Shown in pieces: positions 30,283 through 40,058 of a stretch of DNA of 64,000 nt. Source of the DNA: Propionibacteriaceae bacterium. Lineage in GTDB: Bacteria > Actinomycetota > Actinomycetes > Propionibacteriales > Propionibacteriaceae. The notes beneath the pieces were generated by a model. It ran no database searches, was not told the DNA's origin, and saw only the letters and a list, made by a program, of their open reading frames with translations. The stretch covers positions 25,339 to 89,338 of the forward strand of contig WQYR01000001.1 of NCBI GenBank assembly GCA_009781145.1. Reading direction: 5' to 3'. Made by a program: the position numbers and the translations under genes. Position 1 is the first letter of the stretch. Every line of letters begins with the position of its first letter.

Positions 30283-30758
30283 GGCTCCACCACCTTGAGG
30301 TTGGTGCGCCCGACGCGAATGATGTCGCCGTCGCCGACCCGGGTGGGGCGGGCTATTCGCAGGCCATTGACGATCGTCCCGTTGGTGCTGCCCAGGTCGG
30401 CGACGATCCACGATTGGTCGTCGCGGTAGAACCGCGCATGGTGGCCGGATGCGTAGTCGTCGTTGACGTCGAGGGTGGCGTCGGCGGCCCGTCCCACAAC
30501 GAGTTCGCCTTGCAGCGGCACCGTGTCGCCTTTGCCGGCACCGTCGATGACGACCAGTTGCGGGCGCTGGGCGGCCCAGCCGCGCCGCTTCGGGTTGGGC
30601 GCGGCCGAGGCATGCGTCAGTGCCTTGGTTTCGCCCGGGGTTGTGACGAAGAAAAGGTCGCGCCGCACTACCACCGCTACCAGTGCTATGAATAGCCACA
30701 GTAGGGCGACGAAGGCGATCTTCAACCCGCCGATTAGTAGAGCAGACACGCTATTCAC
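30279..30758 (-). CDS. fhaB: FHA-domain membrane protein FhaB/FipA
   Basis: N-terminal TM segment and a C-terminal FHA domain (VGRAADATL..., GSTNGTIVNG). Confidence 0.85.
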   Translation of the reverse strand: MNSVSALLIGGLKIAFVALLWLFIALVAVVVRRDLFFVTTPGETKALTHASAAPNPKRRGWAAQRPQLVVIDGAGKGDTVPLQGELVVGRAADATLDVNDDYASGHHARFYRDDQSWIVADLGSTNGTIVNGLRIARPTRVGDGDIIRVGRTNLKVVEP

Positions 30759-31461
30759 CCACAGGCGAGTGGACGAGCATGCGCGTCGTGCCGATCTCGA
30801 TGCGTGACCCTTCCGTCAGTGGCACGGACCGCACTTTCTGCCCGTTGACCATCAAACCGTTGGTCGAGCCCAAATCGGTGATCGTCACGTTGACGGTATC
30901 GTCGCCGGCGTCCTCGACACTGATTTGGGCATGCAGCCGGGAAACGCCGGGGTCGTTGATGCGAAGGTCGGCCTCGGTGCCGCGTCCGATCGTGAAACCT
31001 GGCGGTGTCAAGGGGTGACGTACACCGTTGACTTCCAGCACCAGCAGGCGGTGGTGGCTGGCGGCCAGGGGCTCGGCGGCGTCGCTGACCCCCGCCCTTG
31101 TTGAACTGACGATCGCAAAACGTCCGGTGGTCAGCTTGTCGTCCAGTAGATAGGCAATGGTTATCGGGCCGTTGAACACGTAGCGCCGACTGGCGGCGTG
31201 CTCGCGCAACCCCGGGATGATCTCGGCGTTGAGTGTGCGCGAATAGGGAGCCAGACGGTCGTAATCGGCCCGCGCGAGAGAGACGCGGAAATCGTTCGGC
31301 ACAAGCATGCGGCCTTGGCTCAAGACCTTGGCTGCGGCATCCAGTTCTTTCTGAAGTGCCGTCGCGATTTCGACAGGCTCGACATCGCCCTTGAAGACGC
31401 TGGCGAACGCGCCATGGACGGCGGATTCAATTCCGCGTTCCATCTTGTCGAACAGCCCCAT
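30751..31461 (-). CDS. fhaA: FHA-domain protein FhaA (DUF3662 plus FHA)
   Basis: MGLFDKMERGIESAVHGAFA, typical of the FhaA N-terminus, and a C-terminal FHA domain (IGRGTEADL..., GSTNGLMVNG). The ATG at 31461 follows AAGGAGG. Confidence 0.85.
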   Translation of the reverse strand: MGLFDKMERGIESAVHGAFASVFKGDVEPVEIATALQKELDAAAKVLSQGRMLVPNDFRVSLARADYDRLAPYSRTLNAEIIPGLREHAASRRYVFNGPITIAYLLDDKLTTGRFAIVSSTRAGVSDAAEPLAASHHRLLVLEVNGVRHPLTPPGFTIGRGTEADLRINDPGVSRLHAQISVEDAGDDTVNVTITDLGSTNGLMVNGQKVRSVPLTEGSRIEIGTTRMLVHSPVGE

Positions 31462-31595
31462 GGGGTGCCTCCTTGACGTCTGGCCTGATATTGGAGGTCG
31501 CGACCTCATTGCCAGTCTAGTCTTGCGACCTAAGGAACACCCGGAAATCGCGGGTAAAGTTGAGCCGCCAGGCAGTCCAGGTACAAGGAGACATC

Positions 31596-32231
31596 ATGGC
31601 CAACGCCATCACGATCGGGCGCATGATCGTACTCTTCATCGTCTTGTGGGTGATGTACGGCGCCAACCCGTCTGTTGTGCAATGGTGCGGGCCAGCACTC
31701 GCGGTCGTCATCCTGCTGGACGGGCTGGACGGCTGGGTGGCCCGCCGGCGCCACGAGACCAGCCAGTTCGGCGCCATCTTCGATATCGTCGGGGATCGCG
31801 TGGTCGAAGTGGCCTGCTGGATCGTCTTCGCGAACCTGGGCCTGATCCCGGTGTGGGTGCCACTGCTGGTGGTGGCGCGGGCGTTCGTGGTGGACGGGCT
31901 GCGCTCGTCGTCATATTCGGACGGCATGACGGCCTTCGGTGAGAAAAACATGATGCGCTCAAAGTTTTCGGCGTGGCTGACGGCCGGACGCCCGATGCGG
32001 GCCATCTTCGGGGCCGCCAAGCTGTTGGCCTTCGTGTTCTTGGGCATTGAAGCCGCCTATGTGTTACCGGGGGGTGCTGGCACGCTGCTGGGGCAGACCT
32101 ACGGCTGGCCTGTCGTCCACTGGGTGGGCTGGGTTGTCGTCTGGGCGGCGGTCGCCTTGACTGTGATTCGGGCGCTGCCCGTCATCGTGGACGCCGTCGC
32201 ATATCTGCGCGAAAAAGACGCGACGGTGTGA
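31596..32231 (+). CDS. CDP-alcohol phosphatidyltransferase family protein
   Basis: Motif DGLDGWVARR...G..FD.VGDR. The ATG at 31596 follows AAGGAGA. Confidence 0.85.
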   Translation: MANAITIGRMIVLFIVLWVMYGANPSVVQWCGPALAVVILLDGLDGWVARRRHETSQFGAIFDIVGDRVVEVACWIVFANLGLIPVWVPLLVVARAFVVDGLRSSSYSDGMTAFGEKNMMRSKFSAWLTAGRPMRAIFGAAKLLAFVFLGIEAAYVLPGGAGTLLGQTYGWPVVHWVGWVVVWAAVALTVIRALPVIVDAVAYLREKDATV

Positions 32232-32450
32232 CCCTGGCGAATCGTTACCAAAAATTGACCGAAGCGGTACCACCGGCATAATGCCTTGTCAACGGCAGAT
32301 CGAATCGCGGCGAAAACCGGCGCGTAACAGGTCGGTAACAAAACTGTCGTGAAGCTGTTACCAATCCACAGCAGAATTGCTGCAATTCATCACTAATTCC
32401 CAGTGATCCACACGGCGCTGCGTCCGTAGCGCCCCCCAACAGGAGGTTGT

Positions 32451-34112
32451 ATGAAAACCACCAAGGTCGCCGTAGCTGGCGCCCTGTGCGCTGCGTTCGC
32501 TTTGACGCTCAGCGCCTGCTCAACCAACAACACAGTACCAACATCGACCGACAGCACGAGCGCGCCGGCGGCCACCACCAGCATCACCGTGCGTGGCTGC
32601 ACCCCTGGAGAAGCACTTATTCCAACGAACACCAACGAGGTGTGTGGCGGCAACGTGCTCGACGCTTCCGAGGCCAAGCTTGTTCATTACAACTCGGACA
32701 CCGCTGCCCCTGAGATGGACATCGCGACGTCGATTGACTCAACCGACGCCATCAACTGGACTGTTCACCTGCAACAGGGCTTCAAGTTCCAGGACGGCAC
32801 CGAGGTGAAGTCAAAGAACTTCGTCGATGCCTGGAACTGGGGTGCTGACTGCGCGAACGGTCTGCTCAACTCTTACTTCTTCGCCCCGATCGATGGCTTC
32901 AACGACCCTGAGGGCAACGGCTGCAACACCAACCCGACGATGAGCGGCCTGGTAATTGTGGACGACTACACGTTCACCATCAAGACCTCAACCCCGACGT
33001 CGAACCTGGTCGTGCGCCTCGGCTACACGGCCTTCGCGCCGCAGCCTGACGCCTTCTTCGCCGACACCTCCGATGGCAAGGCCGATTTCGCCAATACGCC
33101 GATCGCGGCCGGCCCCTACCAGATCGTCGAACACACCGACACGCAGATAGTGCTCAAGAAGTTCGCCGACTACTCGGGCAAGTACCCCGGTTCCGTCGAC
33201 CAGGTGACCTTCAAGATCTACAACGACATGAACGCCGCCTACACCGACGTCGTCGCCAACAATCTCGACGCCACCGACGTCATCCCGTCCGACCAGTTGG
33301 TCGGCGACGCCTGGAAGTCTGATCTGACGGCCGCCGATGGCTCGCCGCGTTGGGGCACCAAGGACACCGGCGTCATCCAGGTCCTGAGCTTCTCGCCGAT
33401 GGATCCTCAGGTTGACCCGCGCGACGCGAAGACCCTCAAGCTTCGTCAAGCCATCACGCAGGGCTTCGACCGCGCCAAGATCACGCAGGGCGTGTTCAAC
33501 GGCGCCCGCACCCCGGCCACCGGCTGGGTGTCGCCCGTCGTTGACGGCTACAAGGCTGGCGCGTGCCCCTTCTGCACGTTTGACGGCACTGCGGCCAAGG
33601 CCAACTATGACTCCGCCGGCGGCTACAAGGGCACGTTCCTCATCTGGGTTAACGGTGACGGCGGCCACGATGCGTGGGCCAATGCTGTGTGCAACGAACT
33701 CAAGAACAACCTCGGCATGGACTGCGCCGTGCAGGACACGCCTGACTTCAAGACGCTGCGCGGCATGATCAATGGGAAGGATCCGAAGTTGACCGGTTCG
33801 TTCCGTGGCGGCTGGCAGATGGACTACCCGTCGATCGAGAACTTCCTGACGCCCATCTACGCGACGGGTGCCTCCTCGAACGACTCGCAGTACTCCAACC
33901 CCCAGTTCGACGACCTGCTGAACCAGGCCGCCGCGGCAGACGCTGCCACGGCCAATGGCCTCTACCAGCAGGCCGAGGCTCTGCTGGGCCAGGATCAGCC
34001 AACCATGCCTTTGTGGTACCAGGCCAGCCAGTACGGGTGGTCGACCAAGGTTAAGTCGATCAAGATGACCCCGTTCTCGACGTGGGACTTCGGCTCAGTT
34101 GTCCTGAACTGA
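32451..34112 (+). CDS. ABC peptide/nickel-type (family 5) substrate-binding lipoprotein
   Basis: Lipobox LTLSAC, AGGAGG SD, 553 aa with SBP_bac_5-like sequence. It is followed by two permease and two ATPase genes. Confidence 0.88.
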   Translation: MKTTKVAVAGALCAAFALTLSACSTNNTVPTSTDSTSAPAATTSITVRGCTPGEALIPTNTNEVCGGNVLDASEAKLVHYNSDTAAPEMDIATSIDSTDAINWTVHLQQGFKFQDGTEVKSKNFVDAWNWGADCANGLLNSYFFAPIDGFNDPEGNGCNTNPTMSGLVIVDDYTFTIKTSTPTSNLVVRLGYTAFAPQPDAFFADTSDGKADFANTPIAAGPYQIVEHTDTQIVLKKFADYSGKYPGSVDQVTFKIYNDMNAAYTDVVANNLDATDVIPSDQLVGDAWKSDLTAADGSPRWGTKDTGVIQVLSFSPMDPQVDPRDAKTLKLRQAITQGFDRAKITQGVFNGARTPATGWVSPVVDGYKAGACPFCTFDGTAAKANYDSAGGYKGTFLIWVNGDGGHDAWANAVCNELKNNLGMDCAVQDTPDFKTLRGMINGKDPKLTGSFRGGWQMDYPSIENFLTPIYATGASSNDSQYSNPQFDDLLNQAAAADAATANGLYQQAEALLGQDQPTMPLWYQASQYGWSTKVKSIKMTPFSTWDFGSVVLN

Positions 34113-34130
34113 CGCATCGACCCTGTATGG

Positions 34131-34170
34131 GGGCGGTTCCAAATGGCTGAAAGGCCGGCGGGAACCGCCC
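34131..34170 (+). terminator. Hairpin after the substrate-binding protein gene (possible attenuator within the operon)
   Basis: 10-bp stem GGGCGGTTCC / GGAACCGCCC with a 20-nt loop, followed by TCATTGTCTT. Confidence 0.55.
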
Positions 34171-34187
34171 TCATTGTCTTAGGTAGG

Positions 34188-34353
34188 CTAGTGCACCGTA
34201 ACAGAATTGGCTTGCCATTCGGATCGCACCAGATCGGGCGTCTGGCTTCGTTGTCGTCGGTCACGATAGCCCACTATCGCTCCCTCCTCCGCCTTGCCAT
34301 CCATCCCGCCCGGCACGCCCGAACGTGAACCCAATTCTGTTACAGCACACTAG
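34188..34353 (+). mobile_element. MITE-like non-autonomous element with terminal inverted repeats
   Basis: Left end CTAGTGCACCGTAACAGAATTGG (34188-34210). The reverse complement of the right end is CTAGTGTGCTGTAACAGAATTGG (34331-34353), matching at 20 of 23 positions. No ORF inside. A second, partial copy is at 20009-20100. Confidence 0.7.
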
Positions 34354-34417
34354 CGCACCATTAGGCGTTGTGGGTTAAAATGTGAAAGTTCGTTCGCCAA
34401 CTTGGAGAGGTTATGCC

Positions 34418-35341
34418 ATGGGTAAGTTCGTCATCCGGCGTCTGCTGATGATGATCCCTACGTTTCTTGGCGCGACCTTCATCATCTTCTTCCTGAGCAT
34501 GGCCATGCCCGGCGACCCGACGGTGGGCCGCTGCGGTGAGCGCCCCTGCACGCAGGCCTACATTGACGCCTTCCGGGCTCGCTATGGGCTTGATCAGCCC
34601 TTGATCGTGCAGTACGGCATCTACCTGAAGCGCCTGTTGACGGGTGACTTGGGCATCAACTACTACAACAACTCGGTGATCCACGAGTTGGCCATCCGCT
34701 ACCCGACGACGTTGAAGCTGGCGGTTATCGCCATTCTGTGTGAGATTCTGATCGGTGTCAGCGCTGGCATTCTGGCCGGCATCCGTCGCGGCAAGTTCAT
34801 TGACTCGCTGGTGACGGTGTCGACGCTGGTCGTCATTGCTATTCCTGTGTTCGTGCTGGGCGGCCTGGCGCAGATGGTCTTCGGAATCAAGTTGCACTGG
34901 TTCCCCGTGACGGCCGGTGACGGTAGCTGGTATCAGCTCATCATGCCGGGGGTGGTGCTTGGAAGCCTGTATGTGGCCTATGTGGCCCGGCTGACTCGCA
35001 CGAACCTGGTGGATAACCTGCGGGCGGATTATGTGCGTACAGCCTATGCCAAGGGCATGATGCCCATGCGCGCCATCGGCCTGCACGCCATGCGCAACTC
35101 ACTGATACCGTCCATAACGTACATCGGTGCGTCCATTGGCGCGTTGACGTCCGGCGCTATCATCACTGAGCGGGTGTTCAACATCAACGGTGTGGGTTTT
35201 CTGATCTACCGATCCATCAACCAGCGCGATTTCACCACCCTGGTGGGCGCCATCCTCGTCATCGTCTTGATTTATATGTTTTTGACGCTGATTGTGGACG
35301 TCCTGTACGGCTACCTAGACCCGAGGATCGGCCATGAGTGA
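34418..35341 (+). CDS. ABC peptide transporter permease (DppB/OppB type)
   Basis: MGKFVIRRLLMMIPTFLG, typical of the family. The ATG follows GGAGAGG. Confidence 0.9.
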   Translation: MGKFVIRRLLMMIPTFLGATFIIFFLSMAMPGDPTVGRCGERPCTQAYIDAFRARYGLDQPLIVQYGIYLKRLLTGDLGINYYNNSVIHELAIRYPTTLKLAVIAILCEILIGVSAGILAGIRRGKFIDSLVTVSTLVVIAIPVFVLGGLAQMVFGIKLHWFPVTAGDGSWYQLIMPGVVLGSLYVAYVARLTRTNLVDNLRADYVRTAYAKGMMPMRAIGLHAMRNSLIPSITYIGASIGALTSGAIITERVFNINGVGFLIYRSINQRDFTTLVGAILVIVLIYMFLTLIVDVLYGYLDPRIGHE

Positions 35342-36374
35342 CGAACTGAACCCACTGGCCGAGGTGGTGGTTGAGGCTGAGATCGCGGCGGTGCCGAACA
35401 AGCTGCCGCGGATCCAACGTCACAATCTGCTGGTGCCGAATCTGTCCTCGGCTGGCAGCTCGGATTCTGGCGTGACCTTCGCTGGCGGTGCTCAGGGCGA
35501 AAAGCCTCGCTCACTGGGCCGCGACGCCTGGGACGACATGCGGCATCGCCCGCTGTTCTGGGTGGCGGCAGCGGTGGCGTTGGTGTTCATCCTGGCGGCC
35601 GCCTTCCCGCAGCTTTTCACATCTCAGGATCCAAAGTACTGCGATCTCATCTACTCGCGCCTGCCACCGCGCCCCGGTCACATCTTCGGCAATGATTTCC
35701 AAGGCTGCGACATTTTCGCCCGCACCGTCTACGGTGCCCGCGCGTCGATCCTGGTTGGCCTTTGCACGACAGCCGTGGCGGCCCTGATCGGTGGCTTGCT
35801 TGGCACGCTGGCAGGTTATCTGGGTGGGCCGCTTGACGCGGTGCTGTCGCGCATCGCGGACATCTTCTTCTCGATCCCCATGCTGCTGGCAGCAATGGTC
35901 GCCTTTGCCGTCCTGCCGGTGCCGCCCGGCGCGGCGCTACCAAGGGCCGTGATACAGATCGTGCTCGTGCTGGCCATCTTCGGCTGGCCCAATGTTTTCC
36001 GTCTGATGCGGGCAGCCGTCATCCAAACGAAGCCGCAGGAGTATGTGCTGGCGGCCCGTGCCCTGGGCGCTAGTCCGCTACGCCTGATCGGGTCCCACAT
36101 CGTGCCCAACTCGTTGACGCCGCTGCTGGTGGTGTCGACCATCGATCTGGGCGGCTACATCATCGCCGAGGCGTCCTTGAGCTTTCTCGGGTTGGGTCTG
36201 CCGAGCACGATCGTGGCGTGGGGGCGCGACATCTCGAACGCGTCTGGCCTGGGGTACATTCGCAACGCGCCGTTCATGTTGCTATTCCCGGCGGCGGCGC
36301 TGTGCCTGGCCGTCCTTGCCTTCATCATGTTGAGCGAAGTCGTGCGCGACGCGCTGGATCCGAAGTCGAGGTGA
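35334..36374 (+). CDS. ABC peptide transporter permease (DppC/OppC type)
   Basis: BPD_transp_1-like core with a long N-terminal extension. It overlaps the preceding gene by 8 nt. Confidence 0.9.
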   Translation: MSDELNPLAEVVVEAEIAAVPNKLPRIQRHNLLVPNLSSAGSSDSGVTFAGGAQGEKPRSLGRDAWDDMRHRPLFWVAAAVALVFILAAAFPQLFTSQDPKYCDLIYSRLPPRPGHIFGNDFQGCDIFARTVYGARASILVGLCTTAVAALIGGLLGTLAGYLGGPLDAVLSRIADIFFSIPMLLAAMVAFAVLPVPPGAALPRAVIQIVLVLAIFGWPNVFRLMRAAVIQTKPQEYVLAARALGASPLRLIGSHIVPNSLTPLLVVSTIDLGGYIIAEASLSFLGLGLPSTIVAWGRDISNASGLGYIRNAPFMLLFPAAALCLAVLAFIMLSEVVRDALDPKSR

Positions 36375-37420
36375 TGATGGCGGCCGACGATAAGACTTAT
36401 GAGCATCTGCTCGACGTGCGTGACCTGCATGTCGAGTTCCGCATGCGCACCGGCGTCGCCAAGGCAATCAACGGCGTGTCGTTCCATCTGAACGAGAAAG
36501 AAACGCTGGCCATCCTGGGCGAATCGGGTTCGGGCAAGTCGGTGACGGCACAAGCCATCATGGGCATTCTTGACAGCCCGCCAGGGTTCGTGACGGGCGG
36601 CGAGGTGCTGTTCCAGGGCGTCGACATGCTGAAAATGCCGCGCAAGGCGCGTGCGGCCATGCGGGGGCCGAAAATCTCGATGATTTTCCAGGACGCCCTT
36701 TCTGCCCTCAACCCGGTGTTCCCGGTGGGCTGGCAGATCGCCGAAATGTTCCGCATTCACCGTAAGACCAACAGTTCGGACGCCATGAAGGCCGCCATTT
36801 CGTTGATGGAGCAGGTGCATATCCCGGCCGCCAAGCAACGCTTCAAGGCGTACCCGCACCAGTTCTCCGGAGGCATGCGGCAGCGCATCATGATCGCCAT
36901 GGCCATCGCACTGGACCCCTGGATTCTGATCGCGGACGAGCCGACGACGGCCCTTGACGTCACGGTGCAAGCCCAGATCATGGCGCTGCTGAAGGAGCTT
37001 CAGGACGAGCACGATATGGGCCTGATTCTGATCACCCACGACCTTGGCGTGGTGGCCAATGTCGCCGACCGCATCGCCGTCATGTATGCCGGACGTCTGG
37101 TCGAGATGGCCCCGGTCGAAGAGGTATACGGGCAGCCCCGCCACCCATACACCATCGGTCTGCTCGAATCTGTGCCGCGGCTCGACACCAAGCGCGGCGG
37201 TGTGTTGCCGGCCATCGGCGGGTTGCCGCCGAACCTGCTGGCGATGCCGGGCGGGTGTCCGTTCAACCCACGATGCCGGTTTGCCGTCGACCGTTGCCGT
37301 CAGGGTACGCCGCCGCCGCTGGAGGCACTGGACGACGGGACGCGGTTCGCGGCCTGCTGGCGGGTGGACGACCCGGAAGTGGCCGATGAGGCGCATCGGG
37401 CGAGCGAGGGTGACCTATGA
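36374..37420 (+). CDS. ABC peptide transporter ATP-binding protein (DppD/OppD type)
   Basis: Walker A GESGSGKS, signature FSGGMRQR, and the C-terminal oligopeptide-type CPF.PRC motif. The ATG at 36374 overlaps the upstream stop. Confidence 0.92.
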   Translation: MMAADDKTYEHLLDVRDLHVEFRMRTGVAKAINGVSFHLNEKETLAILGESGSGKSVTAQAIMGILDSPPGFVTGGEVLFQGVDMLKMPRKARAAMRGPKISMIFQDALSALNPVFPVGWQIAEMFRIHRKTNSSDAMKAAISLMEQVHIPAAKQRFKAYPHQFSGGMRQRIMIAMAIALDPWILIADEPTTALDVTVQAQIMALLKELQDEHDMGLILITHDLGVVANVADRIAVMYAGRLVEMAPVEEVYGQPRHPYTIGLLESVPRLDTKRGGVLPAIGGLPPNLLAMPGGCPFNPRCRFAVDRCRQGTPPPLEALDDGTRFAACWRVDDPEVADEAHRASEGDL

Positions 37421-38451
37421 GCGGCGAAGTGATCCTTGAGGCCACCGACCTCGTCAAGTACTACCCGATCAAGACGGGCATCATCCAGCACACCACCGGC
37501 CATGTGCGGGCCGTCGACGGTGTGTCGTTCCAGCTTCACGCGGGGGAGACACTCGGTGTCGTCGGCGAGTCCGGCTGCGGTAAGTCGACGCTCGGGCGTC
37601 TGCTCGTCAGCCTGGAGAACCCGACCTCTGGGTCGGTCACCTTCGAAGGCCTTGACGTCTACAAGCAAAAAGGCGCTGCGATGCGCCATTTGCGTCGCGA
37701 CATCCAGATCGTCTTCCAGGACCCCTACACGTCTTTGAACCCCCGGAAGACCGTCGGTGATATCGTCGGGGAGCCTTTCGACATTCACCCTGAGGCCGCC
37801 CCCAAGGGGTCCAGGCAGGCTAAGGTGCAGGACCTGCTCGACATGGTCGGGCTGAGCCCAGAGCACATCAACCGTTACCCACACCAGTTCTCCGGTGGCC
37901 AGCGTCAGCGCATTGGCGTGGCCCGCGGCATCGCGTTGAATCCGAAGGTGCTGGTGTGCGACGAGCCGGTGTCGGCGCTTGATGTTTCGGTGCAGGCTCA
38001 GGTCGTCAACCTTCTGGAGCATCTGCAGAAAGAGCTGGGTCTCGCCTATATTTTCATTGCGCACGACCTGGCCGTGGTGCGCCACATCTCCGACCGTGTG
38101 GCCGTCATGTATCTCGGAAAGATCGTCGAAATGGGCGATGAGGCCGAAATCTACGACCACCCGACGCACCCATACACGCAGGCACTGCTGTCGGCGGTGC
38201 CAGTCCCTGACCCCACGCTGCGCGGCTCCCGCCAGCAGATCATGCTGACCGGCGACGTGCCCAGCCCGGCCAACCCACCCAGCGGGTGCCGCTTCCACAC
38301 GCGGTGCTGGAAGGCGCCTACCCTTGACGAAAAGGACGTCAAGGACGGTGTGCCAGCCGTCTGCGTTAACGCTGAACCCGAGTTGATCGAGCATCCCGAC
38401 GGAGTGTCGTCACACTGCAGCGCATGCCATTTCGCGGGCGAGTTGGGGTAG
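37417..38451 (+). CDS. ABC peptide transporter ATP-binding protein (DppF/OppF type)
   Basis: Walker [10 protein letters not shown], signature FSGGQRQR, and the GCRFHTRC motif. Its start overlaps the upstream stop (ATGA). Confidence 0.92.
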   Translation: MSGEVILEATDLVKYYPIKTGIIQHTTGHVRAVDGVSFQLHAGETLGVVGESGCGKSTLGRLLVSLENPTSGSVTFEGLDVYKQKGAAMRHLRRDIQIVFQDPYTSLNPRKTVGDIVGEPFDIHPEAAPKGSRQAKVQDLLDMVGLSPEHINRYPHQFSGGQRQRIGVARGIALNPKVLVCDEPVSALDVSVQAQVVNLLEHLQKELGLAYIFIAHDLAVVRHISDRVAVMYLGKIVEMGDEAEIYDHPTHPYTQALLSAVPVPDPTLRGSRQQIMLTGDVPSPANPPSGCRFHTRCWKAPTLDEKDVKDGVPAVCVNAEPELIEHPDGVSSHCSACHFAGELG

Positions 38452-38528
38452 TTCCTCCTTGCCGCCAAACCGGTTGAATCCTGCGGCGGTCCGATCGATG
38501 ACCGCCATGCCTATGGGATAATTGACGG

Positions 38529-40058
38529 ATGGCACTCAACCTCGACACCCTTTTCCTGGCCGGTGCCGTTGTCGTGCTGATCGCTGTGGTGACGGCCCGC
38601 TTCGGGGCCCGTATCGGCATGCCTGCCCTGTTGCTGTTCCTTGGGCTGGGGATGCTGCTGGGGTCGAATCTGGTCAACATCGACTTTGAGAACGCCAAGT
38701 TGGCTCATGACCTGGGGTTCGTGGCGCTGGCGGTGATTCTCGCCGAAGGCGGCCTGACCACGAAGTGGAGCGACATTCGCAGCCACATAGGCCTAGCCGC
38801 CGTGCTGGCGACGCTAGGGGTTCTGGTGTCCATTGCATTGGTTGGCCTGTTCGGCTACTACGTGCTGCACCTGCCCGTGGGGGTGGCGGTGTTGTTGGGG
38901 GCCATCACCGCACCGACCGATGCGGCCGCCGTTTTCTCGGTGCTGCGCGGGTTGTCGTTGCCGCACAGGGTGCTGGCCGCATTGGAGGGCGAGTCGGGTT
39001 TGAACGACGCGCCGACCGTCCTTTTGGTGGTGGCGGCAACCCAATATGTCATGGGAGTGCCGCCCGAGGGCGGGCCTTGGGGCCTGGCCGGCATGATCGT
39101 CTTGGAGTTGGTCGGTGGCTTGGTGCTCGGCTTGGCCGTCGGTTTGGTTGGGCGAGGTCTGCTGCGTCGCGTCGCCTTGCCCTCCAGCGGGCTCTACCCA
39201 ATCGCCACCATGGCCTGGGCGGTAGTGGCGTACGGTTTGGGATCGGTCATCCATTTGTCGGGTTTTGCGGCCGTCTACATCTGCGCAGTGGTGCTTGGCA
39301 ACTCCGATCTGCCCCACCGGCACGCCACCCGCTCGTTCGCCGAGGGGGTTGGCTGGATCGCCCAGATCGGCTTGTTCGTCATGCTCGGCCTGCTGGCGGT
39401 GCACGAACACATCACCTGGCAGAGTGTGTTTTTGGCTGCCATCGCCGGGCTGTTCTTGACGCTGGTGGCCCGTCCCATCACTGTTTGGGTGTCGGCCGTG
39501 TGGTTTAAGGTGCCCTGGCGCGAGCAGATATTCCTGTCATGGGCGGGGCTGCGCGGCGCCGTCCCCATCATTTTGGCGACCGTGCCGCTGGCGGCCGGCA
39601 TAACAGATTCGCACCTGCTTTTCGGCATCGTGTTCGTCTTTGTCATCGTCTTCACAGCCATTCAGGCGCCGACCCTGCCGTGGGTGGCCAAGCGCCTCGG
39701 ACTGATCGACCCGTGGGCGCCATACGACCTCGACATCGAAGTGGCGCCGCTGGAGGAGCGGCGCGCCGACCTGCTACGCGTCTCGGTGCCGCAGGGCTCC
39801 AAGCTGGCGGGGCTGGCGGTCCGTGAGCTTCGACTGCCGCCGCACGTCATTATCGCCCTGGTCATGCGGGGTGACGAGTCGTTCGCGCCGCACGGTCACA
39901 CCATGTTGCGGGCTGGGGACGATCTACTTGTGGTGACGCCAGCCGATCTCCGCGAGGGTGTCGAGCGTCGCCTGGCCGAGTTGGGGCGCGGCGGCAGGCT
40001 GTCCCGCTGGCTGGGCCACGCCAAACCGTCAACCGACACACCAGGAGAAGCCAAATGA
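38529..40058 (+). CDS. K+/H+ antiporter, CPA1 family (NhaP2/CvrA-like) with a C-terminal TrkA_C domain
   Basis: Typical N-terminus (...ARFGARIGMPALLLFLGLGMLLG), about 12 TM segments, and a C-terminal regulatory domain (LAVRELRLPPHVIIALVMR). Confidence 0.85.
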   Translation: MALNLDTLFLAGAVVVLIAVVTARFGARIGMPALLLFLGLGMLLGSNLVNIDFENAKLAHDLGFVALAVILAEGGLTTKWSDIRSHIGLAAVLATLGVLVSIALVGLFGYYVLHLPVGVAVLLGAITAPTDAAAVFSVLRGLSLPHRVLAALEGESGLNDAPTVLLVVAATQYVMGVPPEGGPWGLAGMIVLELVGGLVLGLAVGLVGRGLLRRVALPSSGLYPIATMAWAVVAYGLGSVIHLSGFAAVYICAVVLGNSDLPHRHATRSFAEGVGWIAQIGLFVMLGLLAVHEHITWQSVFLAAIAGLFLTLVARPITVWVSAVWFKVPWREQIFLSWAGLRGAVPIILATVPLAAGITDSHLLFGIVFVFVIVFTAIQAPTLPWVAKRLGLIDPWAPYDLDIEVAPLEERRADLLRVSVPQGSKLAGLAVRELRLPPHVIIALVMRGDESFAPHGHTMLRAGDDLLVVTPADLREGVERRLAELGRGGRLSRWLGHAKPSTDTPGEAK

